Source: Chara braunii
Lineage: Eukaryota > Plantae > Charophyceae
Length of the DNA stretch: 64,000 nucleotides
Assembly (NCBI GenBank): GCA_003427395.1
Contig: BFEA01000038.1
Span: forward strand, 1,281,792 to 1,345,791
Reading direction: 5' to 3'
The notes beneath the pieces are model-generated. The model saw only the letters and a list, made by a program, of their open reading frames with translations, made no database searches and was not told where the DNA came from. Below are positions 24,836 to 37,804 of the stretch, one piece after another; the first letter of the stretch is position 1, and the number at the start of each line of letters is the position of its first letter. A program made the translations under genes and the position numbers.

Positions 24836-25113
24836 AACGGTCATTTCATCAAAACGGATGTATTATATTTTTTTGAACGAAATTAAAATTGAGTTTTTGG
24901 TTCGAAATCCAATCCAAATTTTTGGCTCCTAGGAATGTCGGACCCCCTAGATGTATCTAGTCTCAACTTTGGACCATATACATCTAGGGGTTCCGGCGTT
25001 TAAGGAACGCCGGACCCCCAGGAGCCAAAAATTTGGACCAGATTTCGGCCCAAAAACTCAATTTTAATTTCGTTCAAAAAATATAATATGTCTGTTTTGA
25101 CGAAATGGCCGTT
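24836..25113. mobile_element. MITE with AAC...GTT termini and 4-bp TSD CGTG
   Basis: Long TIRs aacggtcatttcatcaaaac / gttttgacgaaatggccgtt; cgtg at 24832-24835 and 25114-25117; same family as 37476-37804. Confidence 0.9.
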
Positions 25114-25891
25114 CGTGGGACTATGCCAGCCTCAATTCAAGAAAAACAAGAAAAGCAAGGGCACCCATGCAATCCAACGGGCCATCCCGATTCAACCCCC
25201 GAAGTAGCCTTGCGTAGAAAGTCGCGCGGTTGCAGAAAACGGTTTCTCACAAAAGTGACGCCCAGGGTGTTCCAATCTTGAGTAAACTCCTGCTTGCTCT
25301 CCCAATCGTCCGTCGATCTCGCGAGAAAACACCAGCGATCGACGTGGAGCTGACACGTGCCACGTACCGTGAGATAAGAGTGTGGAAGTCATCTAGGTGG
25401 CATTCGTGAACTCCGATCCTAGAGATAGTCGGGGAAGGGTAATCTGATGACGGGTGGAGGAGGAGGAGGGTGAACTTGTGGGAGAGGTGGCAGAAAGCGA
25501 CAAAGTTGTCGGTCTCTAGTGGGGAGCCGAGTGTAGTGGACGGTGTGATGGATGCGGGGGAAGCGATGGTTTTGATGGGGGAGCGACACGAGGTAATCTG
25601 GGTAAAGGGTGCATAGACTGCGGGGAGACACGACGCATAAGTCCTCATAAGGTTCACACGCGGGGATAGTACCCGCGATTATGCAATAGACTTCTATGTT
25701 ATTGAATTTATGCCATGCCGCGCTAAGGAGAAGGATGTGTAGGGGAAAGAAGGTGATTAGGGAGCGAGTGGTGGCGTGCGGGAAGACGGTGGCGATAAGG
25801 CGGGTGGAGTTGGTGGAAGAGGGAAGGTGGGAAAGGATGCCTGTTAGAAGGGAATGGGGAACGGCTCGTGAGCTGATGAAGGGTGCGGTAA

Positions 25892-26790
25892 TCAAGGGGA
25901 CGGCGGGAGAACGAGTGGGGACGAAGCCTGAGTGCCCACATTTTCACGTATGCGAATGGTGGGCCGTGGTGAAGAGGATTGAGCCGGCGAAGGATTTCTT
26001 CTACGGCGCCTGCTTCGTGATCCGTTCGCGGTGGTGACTCCATCTCCTCAGAGTTCCTCCTGCGGCGACTCTGGATTATGCACCGGATCTCCCAGTAGCA
26101 GTCGCACTTCTGGTCCGTCCGATTCTTCCACTGACCGTTTTCCTTCTACCTTCTCGCGCCTCTTCTGCGCTACAGCTTCGTCCTCTTCCTTGCTCTGTTC
26201 GTTGAGGCTGCCCGATCCGTCCGACCCACTCCCTCCCGACTCACTCTCTGCTGACTCGTTGTAATCGGGGTCGTCAGATTCCGCCCCCGAGTTTTTTTCT
26301 TCTTCTTCTTCGCTCGCCTCTTCTCTCTCTTCCTCCTCCTCTTTTTCGTCTACTTCTTCTTCTACCTCCACCCTTCGAGTGATCGGATCCCACAAGGTGA
26401 GATCGACACGTCAATGACCAGATAGTGGCCCGAGGAGGGGTAGTAGCAGTTGTCGTCGTCGAGCTCCGTACGTGGACCACAACAGATGCGGTACCAACGT
26501 ACGGGTGAGCGCGTCGTCACAACGCGAAAGGATGTCTAGAGGCAGATCATCCAAAAGTTGTGCCGGGAACACCAAGACTTCACTCGTGATTGGCTCCAGA
26601 TGGTTTTCCCTCACCTTTCCGAACAGGATCCCCAACAACTCCCCCTCCGTATCCATTCTCCACGCTTGGACTATCAACAGCTCCACCTCGTCATCGGGGA
26701 CTTCAAGTTCGTCTTCTTCGTCCTTGTTGGTTGGCTCGGCCCCATGGAACACCACCTCGAGGAGACAAAAACTGAGCGCGACGTACACGT
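25892..26790 (-). pseudogene. Additional sense ORF downstream of pol with an acidic, low-complexity C-terminus; function unknown
   Basis: ORF fragments 26411-26788 (LLIVQAWRMDTEGELLGILFG...) and 26048-26395 (poly-E) on the element strand. Confidence 0.5.
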
Positions 26791-27387
26791 TCCACCACTC
26801 CGTTCACTTGCCAGCGTCAAGGATCGGCACGTCCAGCTGCCTGACCCGAAAGGATAGAGGGGCATCAATAGCGGACTGCCAGAAGGTGGGGAGGTTGGAG
26901 GGAAGCCCGAAAGTCGAGAGACGATGCCGGTTCATTGGGGCGGCGTAAAGGGAAGGAACTCCGGGATAAAGACCTCCGGCGCAGCGGGAGAAAGTTTGAA
27001 CTGGTTGAGATCGTCGTCGTTAGTGCAGTCGATCTGATCGCCAGGCTGCGCTAACAGCTAGATCCACGGGGTCGTGAGGTCCCTCGCCCAGAGTCGCTGC
27101 AGTCAGAGGGTGTATGTGTGGGACGATGGATGCAACATCGTAAGATCGCGGGTGAAGGTCACGATTACTGACACATGGCTGACGCTTGGTGGAGACAGCC
27201 GCAGAAAAGCCGACACCTCGTCCAACACTCGCGCCCGATCGCTGATCCATACGAACCGAAATTTTGTCGCCGCGTGGATGGCCGTCGTGCTGAAGAATGC
27301 AGCGAATCGGAGCAGATCGGGACTCAGCCCTAGTCGCTGCACCTGCCGGATTGACGAGATATGCCCCCAGGTCTCATTAGACGCTTG

Positions 27388-30300
27388 CTAATGACCTGCT
27401 TTGTAGAAAAGTTCATGACGATGGGGGAGAAGGTGGAGACGAAGGTTGGGAAGAGGGAGAATCGGTGTATTTGAGTTCGAGACCGTCGTCTCCCTCCTCG
27501 GAATTGAGGGACGACGTAGACAATGGGAGAGAGGAGAAGGAGGTAAGGGACAAAGATAGGACACGTGTTGAATGATCGGTCGAGTCGATTGGCTTCCAGA
27601 GACCTCTAGCGCAAGCCGCACCGTGTTCACTCCACTAGGACCGAGCTCGACTACACAGAATCGCCCGAAGAATTGTGGCATTAACTTGCCCCAGCGAGCA
27701 CATTTCCTTACCTGCACTATGTCCCCTAATTTATACTGGGGCCGAGGTCCAGCGTTCCCATTCCGGGCCTCATAGCTCCGGACCTATCATCCGTGGGCCA
27801 TTTCGGTCATCCGCTGTCTTTTTCGGGCTAACCGGGGGAGGGTCTTTTCCATCAATTCTAAGTGGCGTTGAGCCTTGTCCTTGACCACCGTCCTCATGGT
27901 TCGTCGCTCAAGGGTCGTCTCGTCGTTCAGGCTCGGCAGAGCTACGCAAGCCAAACTATTGGTCCGTAACTGAAAGGGGTCAGATCGGTGGACTCTTGGG
28001 GTGTCCCTCGATGGATAGCTAGGGTGTGGTCTACGATATCGGGCCAAGGCCTTGTGTCCCTAGCCGCGATATTTCGCAGCAAAGATGTCTTAATCACCCG
28101 GTTCACATTCGCCACCAGTCCGTTCGATTGTGACATATGGGGAGCCGTATTGCGAATGGAGACGCCATGTACGACTAGGTTCCTCAAGACTTCTCCTCGG
28201 AATTCTGCCCCGTTGTCCGTTAGGATTTCCTCGGTATCTTGATGCATTCCGAGGAAGCGGTTGACATACCGCACAATCTCCGTCGTCTGTCGCTTTTTGT
28301 AGGGGTAGGCCTCTCGATCCATTTCGAGAAATGATCCACGAATACCAGAAGAACTGAATATTCGCAGCTATTCGGTCCAGGGGCCACAACAATATCTGTT
28401 GTATCCATGCTAACCCTTTGGAACGGCAGTTTGACTACAGTGGGCGCTATCGACTTAGGCGGCTGAACCGGCGCCTTATTTGCCGTGCAGACCGGACAAT
28501 TTTAACGATGAATTTAACATCGTTTCGGATATTGGACCAATACCACTCACTTTCGTTAATTGCTGACTCTGTGATCCTGACAGAAAAGTGGGCAGCGGTT
28601 TCCTCGTGTGCTGACTTAACCTAGTCATACCTCATGAACGGATGAGGCATCGACATCCAAATCCCACTCAGGGTTGTCACGCAGGGATCCCCGGGGCCCA
28701 AGCTGGGGTAGAGGTTTCACCCCCGGACACCTGCCCCCNNNNNNNNNNNNNNNNNNNNNNNNNNNNNNNNNNNNNNNNNNNNNNNNNNNNNNNNNNNNNN
28801 NNNNNNNNNNNNNNNNNNNNNNNNNNNNNNNNNNNNNNNNNNNNNNNNNNNNNNNNNNNNNNNNNNNNNNNNNNNNNNNNNNNNNNNNNNNNNNNNNNNN
28901 NNNNNNNNNNNNNNNNNNNNNNNNNNNNNNNNNNNNNNNNNNNNNNNNNNNNNNNNNNNNNNNNNNNNNNNNNNNNNNNNNNNNNNNNNNNNNNNNNNNN
29001 NNNNNNNNNNNNNNNNNNNNNNNNNNNNNNNNNNNNNNNNNNNNNNNNNNNNNNNNNNNNNNNNNNNNNNNNNNNNNNNNNNNNNNNNNNNNNNNNNNNN
29101 NNNNNNNNNNNNNNNNNNNNNNNNNNNNNNNNNNNNNNNNNNNNNNNNNNNNNNNNNNNNNNNNNNNNNNNNNNNNNNNNNNNNNNNNNNNNNNNNNNNN
29201 NNNNNNNNNNNNNNNNNNNNNNNNNNNNNNNNNNNNNNNNNNNNNNNNNNNNNNNNNNNNNNNNNNNNNNNNNNNNNNNNNNNNNNNNNNNNNNNNNNNN
29301 NNNNNNNNNNNNNNNNNNNNNNNNNNNNNNNNNNNNNNNNNNNNNNNNNNNNNNNNNNNNNNNNNNNNNNNNNNNNNNNNNNNNNNNNNNNNNNNNNNNN
29401 NNNNNNNNNNNNNNNNNNNNNNNNNNNNNNNNNNNNNNNNNNNNNNNNNNNNNNNNNNNNNNNNNNNNNNNNNNNNNNNNNNNNNNNNNNNNNNNNNNNN
29501 NNNNAGTGGTGGGTGTGGCCCCGGGGGGGGTCCGGGGTGGGGCATAAAACCCCATTTTTGAGGTTTAGCCCATGTGGTGCGCGCTCTCGCTGCGCACCCC
29601 CCACTATTTTTATTTTCATTTTTTATTTTTATTTTTTTTTATTTTTATTTTTATTTTTATTTTTTAAGGGGGGCGGGGGTCCGGAGTCGGGGCTGGGGGT
29701 GCCCACCACCGGACCCCCGCCGGGGCCCCAGGGCCGGGGCTCGACAACCCTGATCTCACTACCGTCAATCTTTCGTTTCTCTAACCGTCCGTCGTTCCAT
29801 CGGTAATCCCTTGCCCTCTCGTTGGCCTGCCTCCGATCTTTCTTGGTGAATTCTCGGAGGGAGTTCCTGACCACCGTAGCTATCAAAACGACGTCTGTCC
29901 ACATCTCGGCACATCGGAATCTGTGTGTCTTTTCCAACCCTTCGGACGTGGCTTCGAAGAATCGAGCCTCCGTCGGGATTTTATCGGTTCGACACAAAGG
30001 ACATAACCGGGCTATATCCGCGTTCCTATATTGGACACAGGAGCCGTGGGCCCAAGAGACACACCGTTCACAGTCTACCCACTCGACATACCCTTCCCCA
30101 CTAGGACGCCTCGGAATCGAATAGACTCGCAATATTGCTTCGCAAATATAACAAAATTTGTCAGGCAAGGAGAGAAAAGAAGAAGATGAGAGGGGAGAAA
30201 GGGGGCCTCTAGAATTACCTTCTCCACCTGTTGCCATTGTGTCCACGTGTCACTTTCTAGAGGTTTGGGGGAGAATGGCCACTTCCCCGTACTATGGTCC

Positions 30301-32092
30301 CTTGGTCGGCTTCGGCTCCGTCCACGGAGTGATCTCTTCACCTTTGGCCACCTTGCTTGGTCGATGCAGTCATGTCAATCCGCCGGCGTTCCCGTGCCTC
30401 TCTGTCTTCCGATGGATGCTGTCGAAGTCATATTCCTATATCAGGACAACCCATCGTCCAATCATGCCCGTATAGTTAGTGAGCCTCTTGAGAGCCAAAA
30501 GGGGCTCGTGATCCGTGACGAGGAGAAACTTTCATCTGTACAGATACGGATGAAAGTGTTGAATTCCCCAAAGGACCGTGTAGCATTCTCCCTGAGGGGC
30601 CGAATCGTTCCTTCGTTCATCGGGTACAGTTCGCGAAGCGTACTCGATGACATGTCCGCGGCAGTCCTTCCCTTTCTGGGCCAAAATAGCGGAGATCGCC
30701 TTGGATCGGGACTGCCAATCCGTGATGAGGATGAATTGCTTCTTTGGGTCGGGCCGAATCAAAATAGGTGCGGAAGCCAGGGCCTCCTTCAAGGTGACAA
30801 ACGCATGTTCGCACTCCACGTCCCACTTCAGTGGTTGGTCCTTTGTTAGAGGCCGAGCGATCGTCGCGAACCCCTTGATAAACCCCTAGTAATACAAGGC
30901 CAGCCCCAGAAAGGCTCGAACCTGTGTCAATGACGTAGGCGTGGGACCTTCTCGAACCGCCTCGACTTTTTTCGAATTTGGCCTCAAACGGGTCACCACG
31001 TACCTTAGGAATGAAATCTCTGAGAGAAAGAACTCGTTTTTTTCCAGTGTGATCTTGAATCCAGCATCCCGTAGTGGCCCAAGTGTCCATTCGATGTGTT
31101 GAGCGTGTTCGTGAAATGATTCAGAATACACCAGAATATCGTCCATGTAAACAATAATGCAAAAAATTATCATTCCCTAGGTCAGCCTAATCTTGTTGAC
31201 GAAGTTCTGAAATATGACGTTCATTGCTCTCTGGAAAGTAGCTGGTGCATTGCATATTCCCATAGGACAACGAATCCACTGCCAAGTGCCTTCGAACGAA
31301 TCCTCCTTAACTACTGAAATAATTAGCACACCCAATCACATCCAACAAATCATCAATCCGGGGAAGGGGGTACACATCCTTCATCGTGATGTCATTCAAC
31401 TTTCTATAATCGATGCATATGTGAATCGACCCATTTTTCTTTGGAACTAGAACTACGGGGAATGACCATGGTCCGGTAGCTGGCTCAATCCAACTGTTAG
31501 CTCCGAATTCTCTGATTCGTTCCAACGCTGTCCTCCATTCGGCGAGGGAGTATCGGTATGGTTTGCAGTGGATTGATGGGTGCGTTCCGCTTTTGATTTC
31601 ATGCTGAATAACTAACTACAGCCCCGTATCCGTGTCCTTGACGCTAATCGCCCCTTGATATTCGGTCAGGATGCCCGCAATCAGTCGGTGAGTTTCATCG
31701 GGCATGTATTGGGGCACATGTAGTTCATAAAGTTGTTCGTGTATATTAACCGTCACTTGTTTTGTGCCCACTTTACTACCATTCCTTGGTGGGGGAGCTG
31801 AAATAAATGAGTTGTCTGATCACCAAGAGAACACCGTGGCAACCATTTGGGCGTCTTCTTCCCGGATTGCCACATGTTCTTCCGGTGTTACGCCATCGTC
31901 GATGTCCTGCAAGCTTACGAGTTTCTCGCCGATCTGGATCTCGATTTCATAAGGGTTACCACCCAAGAGGTTCCAAAGCTTCGCTCTCAGCACCTTGTCG
32001 CTGCAATCGGACCTCCTTCCCTGTAGAGAGGAAGGAACGAGGTAATTTCATAATATCGCTGCTTTCTTGCCACTGTAGCTTGAGAGACGCGG
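27388..32092 (-). pseudogene. pol: pol: RT, RNase H, PHD finger, integrase
   Basis: RT motifs ICIDYRKLN (31307-31525) and VYMDDIL (30886-31173); RNase H FILITDW and ECYTVLWGIQHF (30532-30819); C4HC3 finger at 29992-30153; integrase motifs AHEETAAH, VDHFSKW, ILTDNGAEF and SNGLVANVNR; GPY/F-like KLMPQFFGRF...HVSYL. Confidence 0.9.
28669..29752. mobile_element. hAT-like non-autonomous DNA transposon (mostly N gap) inserted in pol
   Basis: TIRs cagggttgtc / gacaaccctg; 8-bp TSD atcccact (28661-28668) / atctcact (29753-29760). Removing it restores the pol frame. Confidence 0.88.
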
Positions 32093-33650
32093 TGTCGCGT
32101 GCGGCGGTCCCACACCCAGACGCAAAGTAATTTTGTGTCGGACCTCACGGTCGTGTCACGCAGAAGTCTTTTTATCACCTCAACAAAACACCACTCCGAC
32201 CGTGCGCGCGTGCTATACCTCTCGCGACTCCCTACGACAGGTTAGGGATTCCGCGAGGTACAACATACCTCCACCTGCGGGAGCTGTCACCATCCCTTAG
32301 GTGGGCGTATCCCTGCTGAGCTACTGACCCACGTGCGAAGGCTTTTACATGCAATCGCAGAGGTAGGTCAGCCGAGGGCGTTTTCTCGATCCCCGTAGCA
32401 TAGGCATACGTGCGGTAGAACGCCTTAAGACTGACCCGTATATCGCGCCTCGAGGTGCTAACTACCCCGGACCGACTATTTAATCAGGTCGACTTTTCCG
32501 GACTGTCTTCCACGCTTTGCTAACTATGACAATGACTCTATGTCTCCTTTGTTGACCATATGAGAAAAGCCTGAGTTAAGCCCCTTTGTACTCTCCCATT
32601 CTCAAAAGAGCCCTAGACAAATGACTTCTTAAGCTCCGACCAACTTACGATCTTATTCACAGACATATATATATAAGTATGTATGTAAGTCAGGGGAGCT
32701 GAATGAGCGGTAGACCTCACTTTCACAATTGATGACTCCTGTGTCTGAATATCTCAGACAATCCCAAACTCAGAAGACAGTTCAATGCCCAATACCTGTG
32801 CAGATGCAAGAAATCACATATAGGCATACAGATGCAGACACAGAATGTGCTACACGCGTCAACCTTTAACCCATTCATAGCAAGTCCCTCACGCACCAAA
32901 ACCTTGAAAACAACATTCCTTCCTAATCCTAACTCCTTTTTACCTAGCCCTTCACATTTTCAAAGACCTCCGAGTGTGATTTGGACAATTTAGGCATAGA
33001 TACAAGGGAAGATTCATCCGTTTCCTTCTTAGGTCTTGTCTTAGGTGTGGGTATCAAGCCATGTGGAAGTTGAGTCGGAGTTTTACCGACCTGTTATCCA
33101 ATGATAACAGAATTGCAGTTCCTTACGATTTTCTTCCGTAGTCTTTCCAAGAGTGACGAACCTGTAGACACAGCACAGTCCAAAAGAGTCTTAACGTCTT
33201 CTCTCCGATGTTGGGATCTAGAAGATTTCTTCTAGACTTGTGACCCAAAGTCTTGGTGCTCATCGTCGACCTATCACCTATCTTCTACCATCTTCTAACA
33301 GTCAATCCGCTGTCAGGTCAAGTCCAGGCGACGAACAAAGTTCATTCCCAGTCTCTTTGTCCCAGCGTTTCTACTTAGTTTTTCCCTTTTAAAGGTTAAT
33401 AATAAGTCTCATATCCATAGTAAAGACAAGCAATACCATCCATTCCATTCAGAGAGGAATCACATGATAAGATCAAATCAGAATCTCAAAGAGTGATAAG
33501 TCTCTCTGGGCCAAGATCTCACTTATCCTTCCTTACTAGAATCAGCGAGTTAGTAATGGACTAAAACAATTATATGAACCTAGATATCTGGTGGTAGATT
33601 GATCAGGATAAATTCAATCTTTTGTTAGTATCAGGCTTTAAGATCAGATT

Positions 33651-34685
33651 GTGATAAGGCAGGTTTCTCGGAGCCTTGCTTCTCCTATCGCCTAATATAT
33701 AGTATTACGGTGGTAAGGCAGGCTTCCCAGAGCCTCGCTCCTCTTACCACCTAGTACATATATGTTAATATGGCGATAAGGCAGGCTTCTTAGAGCCTCG
33801 CTTCTCTTATCGCCTAGTATATAATAGTGTGGTGGTAAGGAAGACTTCCCGGAGCTTCGCTTCTCTTACCACCTAGCATACATGTTAATATGGNNNNNNN
33901 NNNNNNNNNNNNNNNNNNNNNNNNNNNNNNNNNNNNNNNNNNNNNNNNNNNNNNNNNNNNNNNNNNNNNNNNNNNNNNNNNNNNNNNNNNNNNNNNNNNN
34001 NNNNNNNNNNNNNNNNNNNNNNNNNNNNNNNNNNNNNNNNNCGTGGTAAGGCAGGCTTCCCGGAGCCTCGCTTCTCTTACCACCTAGCATACATGTTAAT
34101 AGGGCGATAAAGCAGGCTTCTTAGAGCCTCGCTTCTCTTATCGCCTAGTATATAGTATTACGGTGGTAAGGCAGGCTTTCCGGAGCCTGACCCCTCTTAC
34201 CACCTAGTATATAAGTTCATATGGCGATAAGGCAGGCTTCTTAGAGTCTCGCTTTCTCTTATCGCCTAGTATATAGTAGTATGGTGGTAAGGCAGGCTTC
34301 CCGGAGCCTCGCTCCTCTTACCACCTAGTACATATGTTAATATGGTGATAAGGTAGGCTTCTTAGAGCCTCGCTTCTCTTATCGCCTAGTATATAGTATT
34401 ACGGTGGTAAGGCAGGTTTCCCGGAGCCTCGCTTCTCTTACCACCTAGTATATAAGTTAATATGGCGATAAGGTGGTCTTCTTAGAGTCTCGCTTCTCTT
34501 ATCGCCTAGTATATAATAGTGTGGTGGTAAGGCAGGCTTCCCGGAGCCTCACTTCTCTTACCACCTAGTATACATGTTAATATGGCGATGAGGCAGACTT
34601 CTTAGAACCTCGCTCCTCTTATCGCCTAGTATATGATATTACCGTGGTAAGGCAGGTTTCCCGGAGCCTCGCTCCTCTTTCCACC
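33651..34685 (-). repeat. Hairpin array in the giant 3' LTR (about 60-bp units, A/B alternating)
   Basis: ggcgataag...cttatcgcc alternates with ggtggtaag...cttaccacc. Confidence 0.95.
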
Positions 34686-36576
34686 TAGTATATGTTATTA
34701 TTATAACGCCCAGTTCTAGCCCTGGACAATCCGGAAGTTTTTAGGACCATGTAGGTGGGTCACACGGGACTTGCACCTCATGTCTTAAATCTGTCCGCCT
34801 GATCCTTGGCTGACTTGGTCTGGACTTTTATGAGTACGTAGGTATAGGTTAGTCATAGGATAAAGGTTGGTTGAGGCAATTCATCATCTCAAAGAGCTCA
34901 TATCAGTCACAAGCTCAACAGTGCGCTCACAATTCCCATCTCTTTGTCTCATGGCCAGGTGGCGTATAAGTTAGGGAAGATTGTCAGAAGTCCACCCTCC
35001 TCCTTTTCTTTTGCCTTTCATATCTCAAGAAACACTCACGTAGCGAGACAGTGGCATGACACTTCTCGTTCTCACCATGGTTACCATCATTCCTTAGATA
35101 CGGCAGGTGAGATCACGCTTTCTTTCCTTTGCTCAAGCGTTATTGTTTGCCTTTCTGTCCTCGGACTCACCCCTGAAGGATCCTTGACTCACGTATCCTT
35201 GTTACTAACATAGTCATAGGTAGCAGCCTAAGGTTACAAATTTTGGGTTTAGGGTTTAGGGTTTATGTTGAAATACACATACCTCACTGTTCCCTGCCTC
35301 CAGAGTTCTGCCTGAACTCCGGCAGAGCTCCCGCAATCGCCCTGTCATTGGTCATATACAACTCATGCAATCGATTGCTGGCTCTTAGGGTTAGCTGAGG
35401 TCAGGGTTAACTCAACCGGGATCAGACCCTAATCAATAAGTCGAGGGGGCATGTATCTGAGAGGACCACACAAAGACAAGTATGGAGGAGGATGGAGGAG
35501 GCGGGCTCCATCACAAGTGATAGCGTCTCCCTCCTCTCCAATGCCCCATACTCTCCTTCACCTCCGGCCTTGTATTGATGTCTTATGATAGCTATAGTGA
35601 CTGACATCGGTATCGAAAATAATCAAGAAATAAAATAATAAAATAAATAATAATAATAATAAATAATAATAATAATAATAATAATAATAACGGCCCAAAT
35701 AATAATGATAATAATAATAATAATAATAATAATAATAGTAATAGTGATAATGATAGTATCATTTTAATCAGATTAGGAAAAAAAAGATGCCCCTTTTATT
35801 GAAGTTTTCCCTTGTTAGAACTCCACCCTTCTTCCTCTTCTTCCGCCCCGTCGCCGTCGTCACTCATCAACGGATCCTAATGCGGCCAAATCTCGTGAGA
35901 GGTAGGCAATCCTCCGAAAACAGAGGACGATAATTATTGAAACCCTCAACCGAGATGCGGCGGACCCACAAACGCAACACAATCCATTCCCTATGTATTG
36001 CAGGCCGAGACTACAGCCTGGAACGCAATAGGCACAAGTGTGTATTTCAACAAGTTAGGCGGATGACAGCCCCACCTCACGACGCCATTAGCGGGTGCAT
36101 CACTTCACCCCACAAATACCCGCCCTCGCGTATGGTAGGCAGCGGAAGTAGGTAAGGCAAAATTTACTCTAATAACAATAATAATCATAATATTAATAAT
36201 AATAATCAATAAACAATAATAATAGTAATGTTCCCTCTCGCGAGTGCAAAGAAGGTGAGTGCGGACGTTATACAGAAAACCAAACTGCAAATATCACAAA
36301 AACGTCCAAGTAATCATGTTCAAGCAGAGAGCACAAGTGCATCGAGATACCATCCACGATAAGAGTGATATAATGAACTTGTGAGCCTATGCTCACGCCC
36401 TCAAGCCACACCAACGCAGTATCCAATGTAGTTCCTCTCGGCCTGGCACCCTGCGCCCAACCTACACTTCTTGCCTACCCTCCTACAACCGCATTCACGC
36501 AACAGGCTCACTTTGACTGTGAAGCCCAATGTACACGACGTCACTACCAGCACAGTTGTGATTGTATGCCAGGTAC

Positions 36577-36627
<51 letters not shown>

Positions 36628-37475
36628 CCTATCTTTCTCTCTCTCTCTCTGTCTCACTCTTGGCGTGTACGTGTCTTTTCTCTGCGTGTGTCATTTGGTA
36701 TCTGTGTCCCCTTATGTCCTTGTCTGTATGTTGCTGTGTCTGTCTGTGTCACAACATCTGTCCGTGTTTGTCACAGCACCTATGTGTCTCACAGTATCTA
36801 TGTATGTCATAGTGGCTGTGTGCTTGTGTATCTGTGTAGTTTTGCAGTGTTTGTCGTCATGACTGTGTATGTTGTGTGAGCGTCAATTGCATCACTTGTC
36901 ACTGTATGTCTCTTCGTCTGAGTCACTGGCACTCGTGCTTGAAGACTGGTCGCCCAATCAGCAACGGGTACAATCCATAATAACCAGGTAAGTCTCTCTT
37001 TTCCTATCCCTATGTGTTCCACTTTGTATGTGTGCATGTCACAGTATGACTGTGTCTGTGTGTTACCGCGTGCATGCGTGACTGAGTGGCTGTATAATTG
37101 GCTTGTTTGAGTCGCTGTATCATTGTTCGTCTGCGTGAGTGCCCCATCGTCACTGTATGTCATAGTCTGTGCGTGACTGTGTGGGTAACCATGCGCCGTG
37201 CGTTACCGTGCCCGTGTGAGTGTCGTATGTCAAAGTCTATGTGTGTGACTTTGTAGGTGACCATGCGCTGTGTGTCACTATGCCCTGTGTCACTCTATGT
37301 CACAATGCGTGACCTTGTAGGTGGCTGTGCACCGCGTTTCAGTCACTGCGTGACTACCACCATACACGTGTTACTGTGCACCTGTGTGACACGTACCTAT
37401 AGCGTAATGGTGCAGACCAGAACAAGATTCCGACCTTTCTCACATAGTACAGGATAGCGCGGCGAAAGGCTAAAG

Positions 37476-37804
37476 AACAGCCATTTCGTCAAAACGGACA
37501 TATTATATTTTTTGAACAAAATCAAAACTGACTTTTTTTGCCAAAATCCGGTCGGAATTTTTTGCTCCTGGGGGTCCGGCGTTCCCAAAACGCCGGACCC
37601 TGGTCTATGGTTGAGACCAGATACCTTTTTTTTTTTTTTTTTTTTTTTTTTTGTATCTGGTCTCAACCATAGACCAGGGGGGTCCGGCGTTTTGGGAACG
37701 CCGGACCCCCATGAGCAAAAAATTCCGACCGGATTTTGGCAAAAAAAGTCAGTTTTGATTTCGTTCAAAAAATATAATATGTCCGTTTTGACGAAATGGC
37801 TGTT
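37476..37804. mobile_element. Near-perfect palindromic MITE with 4-bp TSD AAAG
   Basis: aacagccatttcgtc...gacgaaatggctgtt with a poly-T centre. The empty site ggctaaagtgcc is seen in the other LTR near 63597-63608. Confidence 0.96.

Larger units (their letters stand above)
25890..32092 (-). mobile_element. Decayed Ty3/Gypsy internal region (pol plus extra 3' ORF), cut at 32093 by the giant element; 3' LTR not resolved
   Basis: RT, RNase H and integrase fragments in Gypsy order on the minus strand. Confidence 0.85.

Noticed and set aside
22509-25890. 3' LTR of the PHD-bearing Gypsy starting at tgtgacaccc
   Set aside because: Plausible terminus, but no partner LTR, TSD or clear PPT boundary lies in the window, so it is not called.
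28625-29619. ORFs of about 300 aa in the ORF track
   Set aside because: Artefacts of translating through an N gap. The same applies to ORFs over other gaps and over the (CT)n, (AAT)n and poly-T tracts.
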